This document shows positions 1 to 8,134 of a stretch of 23,150 bases of DNA, one piece after another. The notes beneath the pieces were generated by a model that worked only from the letters and a program-made list of their open reading frames with translations, did not search any database and was not told the DNA's origin. Origin of the DNA: a virus. The translations under genes were made by a program, and so were the position numbers. Positions within the stretch are counted from its first letter, which is position 1. Each line of letters starts with the position of its first letter. The stretch lies in the IMG/VR virus record IMGVR_UViG_3300027754_000048; one strand, written 5' to 3'.

Positions 1-2
1 AA

Positions 3-1538
3 CGAGGTTTACCTATTTCTTGTTTTGGAATAGATGTTGGTGACTCTATACAAGAAATTGGAGGAAAAAACCTAGAAATGATGCTCCTTGCTAAACATGG
101 AGGTGGAGTGGGAATTGGCGTAAACCAAATTAGACAAGCCGGGAGCAAGATAAGTCAAAACGGAACGTCTGATGGAGTTGTGCCTTTTTGTAAAATATAC
201 GATTCAGCTGTCCTTGCAACTAATCAAGGATCTGTTAGACGAGGTGCAGCATCAGTCAACATAGATATAGAACATGGAGATTTTTGGGAATTCTTAGAGA
301 TCAGAGAGCCTAAGGGAGACATAAATCGACAATGCTTAAACTTACATCAGTGTGTTGTTATTTCTGATGATTTCATGAATAAGCTGGAACAAGGCGACAA
401 GGAAGCTCGTCGTAGGTGGACCGCAGTTCTAAGAAAACGTAAATCAACTGGCGAACCTTACATTATGTATAAAGGAAACATTAATCGTCAGAATCCTGAA
501 GCTTACAAAAAGAATGGATTAAAAGTCTATATGACAAATATCTGTTCAGAAATTACTCTGCATACTGACGAGTCTCATTCATTTGTATGCTGTCTTTCAT
601 CATTGAACTTAGCAAAATATGATGAGTGGAAAGATACTGATCTTATTTATACTGCGACTTGGTTCTTAGATGGAGTTTTAGAGGAATTTATTCAACGTGC
701 AAAATATATGCGAGGTTTCGATAATTCTGTTCGTTCAGCTGAAAAGGGTAGAGCACTTGGTCTTGGCGTCTTAGGTTGGCATACTTATTTACAGGAAAGA
801 AATATACCATTTGATTCTCTACCTGCGCAATTTGAAACTAGAAAAATATTTTCTCAGATCAAAATCGAAAGCGAGCGTGCAAGTAGAGACACGGCAAGAG
901 AATATGGTGAGCCTCTTTGGTGTATAGGCACTGGAATGAGAAATACTCACCTGCGTGCAATTGCACCAACCGTTTCAAATTCAAAGCTTTCTGGTAACGT
1001 TTCTGCCGGTATTGAGCCTTGGGCAGCGAATGTTTTTACTGAACAAACTGCAAAGGGTACATTCATTCGTAAAAACCCAACTTTAGAAAAAGCTCTTGAG
1101 AAAATAGGATATAATACAAAAGAAACTTGGGATCAGATTCTATTAGACGGTGGATCTGTACAGGGATTAGATTTTATGAATAGCTTTAAAGTTAAACTTG
1201 GAGAAAAATCAAACCCTATTTCTCTCAATAAGTGGTCTAAACTTCCTGAGATAGAACAACCGTTATATGTTTCTCTAAAAGACGTATTTCTTACGTTTAA
1301 GGAACTCAATCAATTAGAAATTGTTCGTCAAGCTGGATTAAGACAACAATACATAGATCAAGCAGTTTCTTTGAATCTTGCTTTTCCTACCGAAGCTGAA
1401 CCTAAATTTATTAATCAGGTTCACCTTGAAGCATATGCAGTCGGCATAAAGACACTCTATTATATGAGAACAGAATCGGTGCTTAGGGGAGATATTGCTG
1501 CTCGTGCAACACAAGACTGTTTATCATGTGATGGCTAA
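3..1538 (+). CDS. nrdA: Class I ribonucleotide reductase alpha subunit, 5'-truncated by the window edge; Flavobacteria-like (NrdAi-type)
   Basis: The frame is open from base 3 (RGLPISCFGIDVGDSIQEIGGKNLEMMLLAK...), so the Met at 78 is internal. Catalytic motifs: ISCF, TNICSEI (Asn/Cys-radical/Glu), FVCCLSSLNL, AIAPT, TLYY and the C-terminal CLSC redox pair. Confidence 0.97.
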   Translation, partial: RGLPISCFGIDVGDSIQEIGGKNLEMMLLAKHGGGVGIGVNQIRQAGSKISQNGTSDGVVPFCKIYDSAVLATNQGSVRRGAASVNIDIEHGDFWEFLEIREPKGDINRQCLNLHQCVVISDDFMNKLEQGDKEARRRWTAVLRKRKSTGEPYIMYKGNINRQNPEAYKKNGLKVYMTNICSEITLHTDESHSFVCCLSSLNLAKYDEWKDTDLIYTATWFLDGVLEEFIQRAKYMRGFDNSVRSAEKGRALGLGVLGWHTYLQERNIPFDSLPAQFETRKIFSQIKIESERASRDTAREYGEPLWCIGTGMRNTHLRAIAPTVSNSKLSGNVSAGIEPWAANVFTEQTAKGTFIRKNPTLEKALEKIGYNTKETWDQILLDGGSVQGLDFMNSFKVKLGEKSNPISLNKWSKLPEIEQPLYVSLKDVFLTFKELNQLEIVRQAGLRQQYIDQAVSLNLAFPTEAEPKFINQVHLEAYAVGIKTLYYMRTESVLRGDIAARATQDCLSCDG

Positions 1539-1550
1539 AAAATAAAAAAT

Positions 1551-1868
1551 ATGGCATTAGAATTAAATTATGAAAACTTTGAAGAGATTATCTCTTCAGA
1601 CAAACTAGTACTGGTAGACTTTTGGGCAGAATGGTGTGGCCCATGTAAAATACTTGGACCCATTATTGATGAACTCAGCCTTGAATATGCTGATCGTGCA
1701 ATCATTGGCAAAGTTAACGTTGACTCGTGTCCAGATCTTGCAATGGAGTATGGAATTCGTAATATTCCTACTTTACTTATATTTAAAAATGGCCAAATAG
1801 TTGACCGCCATAGTGGTGTTGCACCAGTTTCCTTTCTTTCAAAAAAGCTAGAAGCTCAACTTATTTAA
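1551..1868 (+). CDS. trxA: Thioredoxin
   Basis: VDFWAEWCGPCK active site, IPTL cis-Pro motif, 105 aa, directly after nrdA. Confidence 0.97.
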   Translation: MALELNYENFEEIISSDKLVLVDFWAEWCGPCKILGPIIDELSLEYADRAIIGKVNVDSCPDLAMEYGIRNIPTLLIFKNGQIVDRHSGVAPVSFLSKKLEAQLI

Positions 1869-1914
1869 TTTCTCTTATTTTCTTAGTATCCTTATCAAAA
1901 AAACCAACATACTA

Positions 1915-3051
1915 ATGAAAAAATCAATCTTATTGGTTTGGGCAATTCTCTTGAGTTCTTTCTCTTTTGCTCAAACTCGAAACTTAAATCTTCGCGAATT
2001 TAACACGTGGTCCGTACAAGCAAATGCTGCCATAAATTATGGCAACACCGACATTGCTAAAAATAATCTTTTTTACACCGGTGTTTCATCCAATGTTGGC
2101 TATGGACTACGTGTAAACAAGTTTATTTCACATAACCTCGCCTTTTCATTAGATGGATATCGATCTACTTTACATGGAAGCAATCTTTATCGTTCTTACA
2201 AGACATCAATTGATTATCAAGTATCGATTATGGGTCAAATTCAAACCGGCAACATTAGATTTATCAATCAATTCAACAAAATGCAGCTGTATGGTTTCAT
2301 TGGATATGGAACGATTCGTACGAGTACTGAGTTAACCGATACTAAGGGCACGGTTCGCACCAAAAAAATCGAACAGGTTATCCCAGTAGGAATGGGTGTC
2401 AAATATCATATAAGCAATAAACTTACACTTAACTTAGAATATGCGTTTAATCGAGTAAACGGAGATTATCTAGACGGTTATTCAAATTCATTGACAGAAT
2501 ACGATAACTATTCTAAATTTGCAATAGGCGCAAGCTATACTTTTGGATCTGATCAAAATCGTATATTAGAATGGCACGATCCTCGACCTAGGCAGACTAC
2601 TCCATTTTATCGAAAAGACACAGTTATTGTAATACAGCGTATAATTGAAAAAGATACGACCGTTCCTCTTCCTTCTACTCAAGTAGATTCAGCTGCTCTT
2701 GCACACGTTTCAGATTCTCTTGCAAAAGATGCATTAACTGCAGTAATTTATTATGACTTTAATAAGTGGAATTACCCACTCATGTATAATTCGTTCCTTT
2801 CCGATATTGCAGTAAATATTATCAATAATCCAGGCAGAAAAATTACTATTGATTCATATTGCGATACGATAGGTACTCCAGAACACAATTTGATTATCGT
2901 TGAGCGTAGAGCCAAAACAATAGCTAAAGTATTTACCGATTTTGGCATCCCTAGAAGCTTAATAGAAATTACTTTACATGGAGAAGAATCTGCTACTGCT
3001 ATAATTGATGCAGACAATAGAAAATCGATTGTTAGTGTTAGATGGCAATAA
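1915..3051 (+). CDS. OmpA-family outer-membrane protein (signal peptide, beta-barrel, linker, OmpA-like C-terminal domain)
   Basis: Sec signal MKKSILLVWAILLSSFSFA|Q; amphipathic barrel strands (IPVGMGVKY, LNLEYAF, DYLDG, FAIGASYTFG); C-terminal IYYDFNK...SYCDTIGTPEHNLIIVERRA...GE...NRK OmpA-like domain. Confidence 0.85.
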   Translation: MKKSILLVWAILLSSFSFAQTRNLNLREFNTWSVQANAAINYGNTDIAKNNLFYTGVSSNVGYGLRVNKFISHNLAFSLDGYRSTLHGSNLYRSYKTSIDYQVSIMGQIQTGNIRFINQFNKMQLYGFIGYGTIRTSTELTDTKGTVRTKKIEQVIPVGMGVKYHISNKLTLNLEYAFNRVNGDYLDGYSNSLTEYDNYSKFAIGASYTFGSDQNRILEWHDPRPRQTTPFYRKDTVIVIQRIIEKDTTVPLPSTQVDSAALAHVSDSLAKDALTAVIYYDFNKWNYPLMYNSFLSDIAVNIINNPGRKITIDSYCDTIGTPEHNLIIVERRAKTIAKVFTDFGIPRSLIEITLHGEESATAIIDADNRKSIVSVRWQ

Positions 3052-3076
3052 CCTAACTTCTTACTTAAACATTGCG

Positions 3077-3107
3077 GCCCCCTTAATTATAAGGGGGCTT
3101 TTTATTT
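3077..3107 (+). terminator. Rho-independent terminator after the nrdA-trx-ompA unit
   Basis: GCCCCCTTA-atta-TAAGGGGGC 9-bp stem followed by TTTTTATTT. Confidence 0.85.
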
Positions 3108-3108
3108 A

Positions 3109-3118
3109 GATAAATAAT
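3109..3118 (+). promoter_or_regulatory. Putative late promoter (GATAAATAAT, resembling T4 late TATAAATA)
   Basis: Lies immediately after the terminator and 25 nt before the ATG at 3144; the identical 10-mer precedes the tail sheath gene on the - strand. Confidence 0.6.
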
Positions 3119-3143
3119 AAAGACAAAAAATGTCCAGTCTTTA

Positions 3144-3626
3144 ATGAGAAAACATATTACTTCATATTCAAAATTCTTAGCTGAGCAAGATCTAACAACT
3201 GTCGGCCTTCCGGCCGGCCCTGCTGCTCCAAAAAAGGAAAAGAGACATAGTTTTATTTTTTTAGATGAACTAAGTGGATTAAAGAGAAAGCGCTATCCAG
3301 ATGGAAGTGTTTCAATGGACTTTCCAGTATTTTCAATGACTGATTCTGATCTAGACAAGTGGGCAAAAACCAATATTGCTTCTACTGAAAAGAATAACAT
3401 GACAGATTCAGTAATTGAACTACGCCGCTCAAATGTTGCAGATATAGTAAGAGGAGATAAACTTAATGTTTCAAACGAAGACGTTCCTTTTCTAGAAAAA
3501 CTTAAAAACTCTCTATCTACCGATATTTCAGGCCGTCGTGAACCATATGTGAGCATAATATTTACACACGATGGTATTCCAACAACGGACGACATAAATA
3601 TTACTTTCATAAAATTTAAAACGTAA
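3144..3626 (+). CDS. Hypothetical protein, probable virion/internal head protein
   Basis: 160-aa ORF; N-terminus ITSYSKFLAE resembles the T4 capsid-targeting sequence MKTYQEFIAE; downstream of a late-like promoter. Confidence 0.6.
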   Translation: MRKHITSYSKFLAEQDLTTVGLPAGPAAPKKEKRHSFIFLDELSGLKRKRYPDGSVSMDFPVFSMTDSDLDKWAKTNIASTEKNNMTDSVIELRRSNVADIVRGDKLNVSNEDVPFLEKLKNSLSTDISGRREPYVSIIFTHDGIPTTDDINITFIKFKT

Positions 3627-4373
3627 ATGGTAAAGTCTTTTTCTCAATTTATTAATGAAAATTATGAAGAAGATCAGCAGTTTTTAGAGAAACTCAAGTC
3701 TTCTTTAATTAAGACGGTTCGCCAATTTCGTGAACAAGAAAACGAATACACGAAGTTTTCAGGAATTTCATTTGATGAACCATATTCATTTAACTTAATT
3801 CTTTTTCTTAAGAAAGATTCCTCTCCTGATTTTAAAACAGATGATCGTTTTAAGAATTTACCATGGGAAGAAATAAACTTTAATGAAAAAGGATATGCAA
3901 TTGATGCTACCTCACGCATTTCAGAGGACCCTAATATAAAATCAATAATTTCTATTTACCTTATTCTGGATCCTCGCAAAGAGCCTCATGTATATACCAA
4001 ATTAAGCTATCGTTTGCTAGATATATTGACTCATGAAACAAATCATTTGGGTCAAATGGGAGAAGATGAAACTCCATACAATGCAAATCCGTCTTATCCT
4101 AAAGATAGAGAATCTGCAAAAACTAATTTTAGATATTTTTTATTACCTGATGAAATTGAGTCAATGGTTGAGGGCATGTACGTTAGCTCAAAAGAACAAC
4201 AAAGATCGCTCGATGAAATTTTTCATGAATATCTTAGACCGTATATTATTTCAAAATATATTAGTCCTGATGAATATTCAAAGGTCATGCAAGTTTGGGT
4301 GAAATATGCGCTTCAGAGGTATCCTGATGCGGACTTTTCAAAAAAAGTAGAAAAAATAGTCAATTCTATATAA
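3627..4373 (+). CDS. Putative zincin (HExxH) metallopeptidase, probable internal head protein
   Basis: N-terminus MVKSFSQFINE; ILTHETNHLGQ (HExxH, nt 4032-4046) and downstream YFLLPDEIES with a candidate third Zn ligand. Confidence 0.6.
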   Translation: MVKSFSQFINENYEEDQQFLEKLKSSLIKTVRQFREQENEYTKFSGISFDEPYSFNLILFLKKDSSPDFKTDDRFKNLPWEEINFNEKGYAIDATSRISEDPNIKSIISIYLILDPRKEPHVYTKLSYRLLDILTHETNHLGQMGEDETPYNANPSYPKDRESAKTNFRYFLLPDEIESMVEGMYVSSKEQQRSLDEIFHEYLRPYIISKYISPDEYSKVMQVWVKYALQRYPDADFSKKVEKIVNSI

Positions 4374-4399
4374 AACTTAATGGTTGTTACAAGTATAAT
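4372..4399 (+). promoter_or_regulatory. Putative phage early/middle promoter AAAACTT-N13-AGTATAA
   Basis: Bipartite motif repeated at 4751-4778 and 15228-15254, each directly upstream of a gene start. Confidence 0.45.
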
Positions 4400-4418
4400 A
4401 CTTCAAAAAATAATAACC

Positions 4419-4691
4419 ATGAATCAGTTTGAACAACTTAAGGCTGCTGTCTCTGAAGCACAAAATTCAGTTTTCGGCCCAATCAACGAACTTATTGCAG
4501 CTGCGGAAGACGATGCGACCAAATATTATAATAAGGGCGTTCGTAGTGCAGGCAATCGACTTAAAAAGAAGATGCAAGAAATTCGCAAAGCAATTAAACA
4601 TCCTGCAGTAAAATCACAAATGACTGCAATTCAAAATTCTGCAAAGGAACTTCGCCAAACGCTTGTTGAAGAAACCAAAGTAAACGCTTAA
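4419..4691 (+). CDS. Histone H1-like protein, Hc1 family (Bacteroidota type)
   Basis: MNQFEQLK...ELIAAAEDDATKYYNKGVRSAGNRLKKKMQEIRK...AKELRQ fits the Hc1 pattern (DxxKFYxxGNxxAGxRxRKxMQ). Start moved from 4380 to the ATG at 4419, which has an A-rich leader and the promoter motif upstream. Confidence 0.75.
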   Translation: MNQFEQLKAAVSEAQNSVFGPINELIAAAEDDATKYYNKGVRSAGNRLKKKMQEIRKAIKHPAVKSQMTAIQNSAKELRQTLVEETKVNA

Positions 4692-4712
4692 TCTCTTTCT
4701 TCTGTATTATTT

Positions 4713-4740
4713 AAAAATGCCTCTTTTTGAGGCATTTTTT
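4713..4740 (+). terminator. Rho-independent terminator (potentially bidirectional)
   Basis: AAAAATGCCTC-ttttt-GAGGCATTTTT inverted repeat. Confidence 0.85.
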
Positions 4741-4750
4741 ATACCAGATT

Positions 4751-4778
4751 AAAACTTTTAAATAAACACTCAGTAAAA
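4751..4778 (+). promoter_or_regulatory. Putative phage promoter AAAACTT-N14-AGTAAAA
   Basis: Between a terminator and the SSB gene, where a promoter is needed; same bipartite motif as 4372 and 15228. Confidence 0.45.
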
Positions 4779-4806
4779 GACTCTAAAATAAAAAACTTAA
4801 CTTATC

Positions 4807-5829
4807 ATGACAGACTTCTTTGACCTACCAGAAGACACATTCAACAAAGGAAAAAACGCAACCAAAACAAAAAAAGTTGATCCTAAGGTCTACGATCCAG
4901 ACCCAAATGCCTACAATGGCTCTTACAAGTCAGTATTCAGGTTTATTCCTTACTTACACGACAAGAAAAAAAGCAAGTACACTAAGTATTCGGCAAAATT
5001 TTGGAATCAATTGACTAAGGAGTCATTAATTGTTGATTGCCCATCTAATATTGAACAACCTTCCATTTTATGGACACTAGAATCAGTTCTTCGCTCTCTT
5101 AAGAAAGAAGAGCCTATGCTGCATGAGGAACTCAGCAAAAACTTTTCAAGATGGTATACTCACCACTCTCCAGTTTATATTAAAAAAGATCCACAACGTC
5201 CTGACCTCGAAGGATCTATTCTCATCTTCAAGTTTAGAAATCAAATTGATCAAGTCATTGATCAGCAACTTAATCCTGAACAAGTAGATGGACTCGATCT
5301 TTCAAAGAAAGTAAACCCATATCACCTTTTAGAAGGTAAAGATTTTCTTTGTGTTGTTGGTAAAAAGACCAAAGAATTTAGAGATTGGTCAAAGTGTAAA
5401 TTTATGGACGAACTCACTCCATTTGTATTTAAAATTGGAGATACAAGCGTTCAGGTAAAAAATGATGAAAAAGCCGTTAAATTGGTGACAGAATTTCTTT
5501 TAAAGAATACACCAACAATGGATGAATATTTTCATCAAGAGTGGACTGAAGATACTTACTCGCAAGTAGCAGATGCAATTGTTGCAGCTATTCCACAGCG
5601 TCAGATCTTACAAATGGTGCTTGATAAGAGTAAAGATCAAAAAATGAACGAATTGATTCGTGCACGTCTTACTCCTAGTAGATCGAATGCCCCTCTTGCA
5701 ACTCAGAAAGATTCTTTTGAATTTACTTCTGCACCAAATGTTTCTACTCCTGTTGCTATGTCGACACCTAGTACACCAGTTGAATCTGAGTCATCTGATG
5801 AGTATGATGATTTATTCAAAGATCTATAA
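4807..5829 (+). CDS. Single-stranded DNA-binding protein, T4 gp32-like
   Basis: YKSVFRFIP, DCPS, YIKKDPQRPDLEG..IFKF, NPYHLLEGKDF, DWSKCKF blocks typical of gp32; Ser/Thr/Pro-rich linker and acidic tail SSDEYDDLFKDL. Confidence 0.88.
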   Translation: MTDFFDLPEDTFNKGKNATKTKKVDPKVYDPDPNAYNGSYKSVFRFIPYLHDKKKSKYTKYSAKFWNQLTKESLIVDCPSNIEQPSILWTLESVLRSLKKEEPMLHEELSKNFSRWYTHHSPVYIKKDPQRPDLEGSILIFKFRNQIDQVIDQQLNPEQVDGLDLSKKVNPYHLLEGKDFLCVVGKKTKEFRDWSKCKFMDELTPFVFKIGDTSVQVKNDEKAVKLVTEFLLKNTPTMDEYFHQEWTEDTYSQVADAIVAAIPQRQILQMVLDKSKDQKMNELIRARLTPSRSNAPLATQKDSFEFTSAPNVSTPVAMSTPSTPVESESSDEYDDLFKDL

Positions 5830-5847
5830 AAAATAATCTTCCATATA

Positions 5848-6165
5848 ATGTCAACAGACAACCTTCAAGAATCTCCAACTTCAGTTGAAAAGAACACTGA
5901 ATCTCAGGACGCGCAAAATAATACAGCTGATCAGGTAAATAAAACTGTACTTTTTGGTACTATTGCATATACTGATGAATCAGCATATGAAAACTTTCTG
6001 CAAAAGATGAATCTTAGTCAAGCAGTGTTTGTTCTAATGGCTTCCGCAAATTCTGCTCAAGCTAAAGGGTCTTTCAACTTACTTGAATCTGAAACTCTTT
6101 CAACTGCTATGCGAGTTATTCGTAAAAGCCAAGATCAACCTCCACAAACAGAACAACCAGACTAA
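5848..6165 (+). CDS. Hypothetical protein
   Basis: 105-aa ORF filling the gap between SSB and RNase H; TAATG coupling to the next gene. Confidence 0.7.
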   Translation: MSTDNLQESPTSVEKNTESQDAQNNTADQVNKTVLFGTIAYTDESAYENFLQKMNLSQAVFVLMASANSAQAKGSFNLLESETLSTAMRVIRKSQDQPPQTEQPD

Positions 6166-7301
6166 TGGATTTAATCATTGATGGAAACGCGTTTATTAAC
6201 GTCGCAATTAGTGTCACTAAGGCTGTTACCTCAAAGGACAAGCGTATAGGTGATACCTACTTTGTCAATGATTTATTCAATGATGGAGTTATGTTGAAAG
6301 AAGGAGTCAAGAATTCTTTTCGTGGGTTTTGTTTTACTTATTTAAACTCACTAATTGCACCCATCGGGCCCTCTCTCGATAGGGTGCATTGTGTTTTTGA
6401 TTCTAAGAGCTGGAGAAAAGAATATATTGCTAGCTTTTTCAAGCACTCAGACTTTAAAACAAGCTCAGCACCTACTGAATTTACATACAAAGGCAATCGA
6501 AGATATGATGAATATCAATATCTTTTCTTTGATTATTTTCATTACACAATAATGCCTGCTTTAGTTAAAAACTGTGGAATAAATCACTATCGTTTTAAGG
6601 ATACTGAGGGTGATGATATTATTGCTAAACTATGTGAAACCTTATCAACTGATATTTTGATCTATTCAGTAGACCAGGATCTAAAGCAATTAGTTTCCTT
6701 TAGGGACAAAAACATTATGCTAATCGTTCCTAAACAAATGAGTAAAACTAAAAAGCTTTATACTACAATCGAACTGCACCCAGATCTTGCAGAAGAAGAG
6801 GAAGAAGATTTCTTTTCTCTTAGTGAGTCTCACATTTCTGGGTCTTCTACTGATCGTGTAATAAAGAGCTTAAAAGAAAAAGACTACGCACAATATCCAA
6901 TCGACCCTTCCTATGAAGTCTTGGAAAAGATTTTACTTGGAGACAAATCAGATAATATCCCAAAATTAGCTGGAATAACTCCAGCAAAAGCAAAAAAAGT
7001 CATTGATGTGCTTCTTGCAACATATGCTGAAACTACTCTTTCAAAAATAGATATGCTAGACGAATCTTTTATTGAATTGATGATTCATACGATCAGTGCA
7101 ATCAATAAAATTCGTGAACAGGATAAACTCGATGAACTTAGAACGCATCTAATATTTCATATTAGAATCATGCGTCTCTCAACAGATGTTTTTCCTGATG
7201 AGATCAGAAACCCTTTGGAGAGTCATTTTGAATCATATCAAATGACAAAATTCACAATAAAAGACTTTACCGCTCTTAAAAATAATCAATCTACCCTATG
7301 A
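6165..7301 (+). CDS. rnh: T4 RNase H-like 5'-3' exonuclease / flap endonuclease
   Basis: LIIDGN, VFDSKSWRK, YKGNR, EGDDIIA, SVDQDLKQL and LLGDKSDNIP, the conserved acidic motifs of the FEN/5'-nuclease family. Confidence 0.92.
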   Translation: MDLIIDGNAFINVAISVTKAVTSKDKRIGDTYFVNDLFNDGVMLKEGVKNSFRGFCFTYLNSLIAPIGPSLDRVHCVFDSKSWRKEYIASFFKHSDFKTSSAPTEFTYKGNRRYDEYQYLFFDYFHYTIMPALVKNCGINHYRFKDTEGDDIIAKLCETLSTDILIYSVDQDLKQLVSFRDKNIMLIVPKQMSKTKKLYTTIELHPDLAEEEEEDFFSLSESHISGSSTDRVIKSLKEKDYAQYPIDPSYEVLEKILLGDKSDNIPKLAGITPAKAKKVIDVLLATYAETTLSKIDMLDESFIELMIHTISAINKIREQDKLDELRTHLIFHIRIMRLSTDVFPDEIRNPLESHFESYQMTKFTIKDFTALKNNQSTL

Positions 7302-7597
7302 AACCTTTATACGAGAGAATATTAGTTCTTCCTAGAGCAAAGGAAACAACTACTAAACGTGGCGTAATGCTTCCTGAAAAAGCAGTAAAACGCCCAAATA
7401 TTGGAACTGTTATCTCCTGCGGAGACGGCTCAGTCACTAATCCTATGTTAGTAAAACCTGGAGATCTTGTGTTATTTAACAGATATGCCGGCTTGGAATT
7501 AATGCACAGAGGAGAAAAACATTTTGTAATCATGTCAAACGAGATTATTGCAATCTTAGAAGACGAATCAGAAGTATCACTTGATGAATTTGAATAA
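7298..7597 (+). CDS. groES: Co-chaperonin GroES
   Basis: MKPLYERILV, mobile loop TTKRGVMLP, GTVISCGDG, VKPGDLVLF..YAG, EIIAIL. Confidence 0.93.
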   Translation: MKPLYERILVLPRAKETTTKRGVMLPEKAVKRPNIGTVISCGDGSVTNPMLVKPGDLVLFNRYAGLELMHRGEKHFVIMSNEIIAILEDESEVSLDEFE

Positions 7598-7599
7598 GC

Positions 7600-8058
7600 A
7601 TGGCTATCTTTTCAAGAGTCAAGACTTTCTTTAAATATAAATCTCGTCGAATCTACTTAAAGCTCTCCGTAAATACTTTAGATATTGATATTTCTAAACT
7701 ATCAGAGGAGCAGCGCGCAGGTATTCAAATAGTAAAGGTTCTTGCCAGAAATGCAGAATCTGAAATTTTAGTTGCTCCCATTTCTGATCGATATTATATC
7801 AGAAATGGAGAGTTTTTTATTATTGTTAGTTACCAACAAATCTCGATCATCAATTCAGTATATCACTACGATATTTTTAACACTGAATCGATAAATCGAC
7901 ATATCATGCGATATTTGCGACGCGTTATGGAAAATCGTAGATCTAAAATGGAGCAAGAAGTAATGAATAAGATTCAAAAAAGTTTAACTACTATTCTTAT
8001 AGATATTCATATGAAGCTAAATGATAATCAGGAAAATCACAGCTACAATAGTCAATAA
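7600..8058 (+). CDS. Hypothetical protein
   Basis: 152-aa ORF ending before the bidirectional terminator; no motif recognised. Confidence 0.65.
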   Translation: MAIFSRVKTFFKYKSRRIYLKLSVNTLDIDISKLSEEQRAGIQIVKVLARNAESEILVAPISDRYYIRNGEFFIIVSYQQISIINSVYHYDIFNTESINRHIMRYLRRVMENRRSKMEQEVMNKIQKSLTTILIDIHMKLNDNQENHSYNSQ

Positions 8059-8090
8059 TCCATTACTTCAATCGATTATAGTTTAATATC

Positions 8091-8118
8091 AAAAAAAGGG
8101 AGCAAATGCTCCCTTTTT
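8091..8118. terminator. Bidirectional Rho-independent terminator between convergent genes
   Basis: AAAAAAA-GGGAGC-aaat-GCTCCC-TTTTT, with U-tracts on both strands. Confidence 0.88.
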
Positions 8119-8134
8119 CGGTTTATTTTATTAA

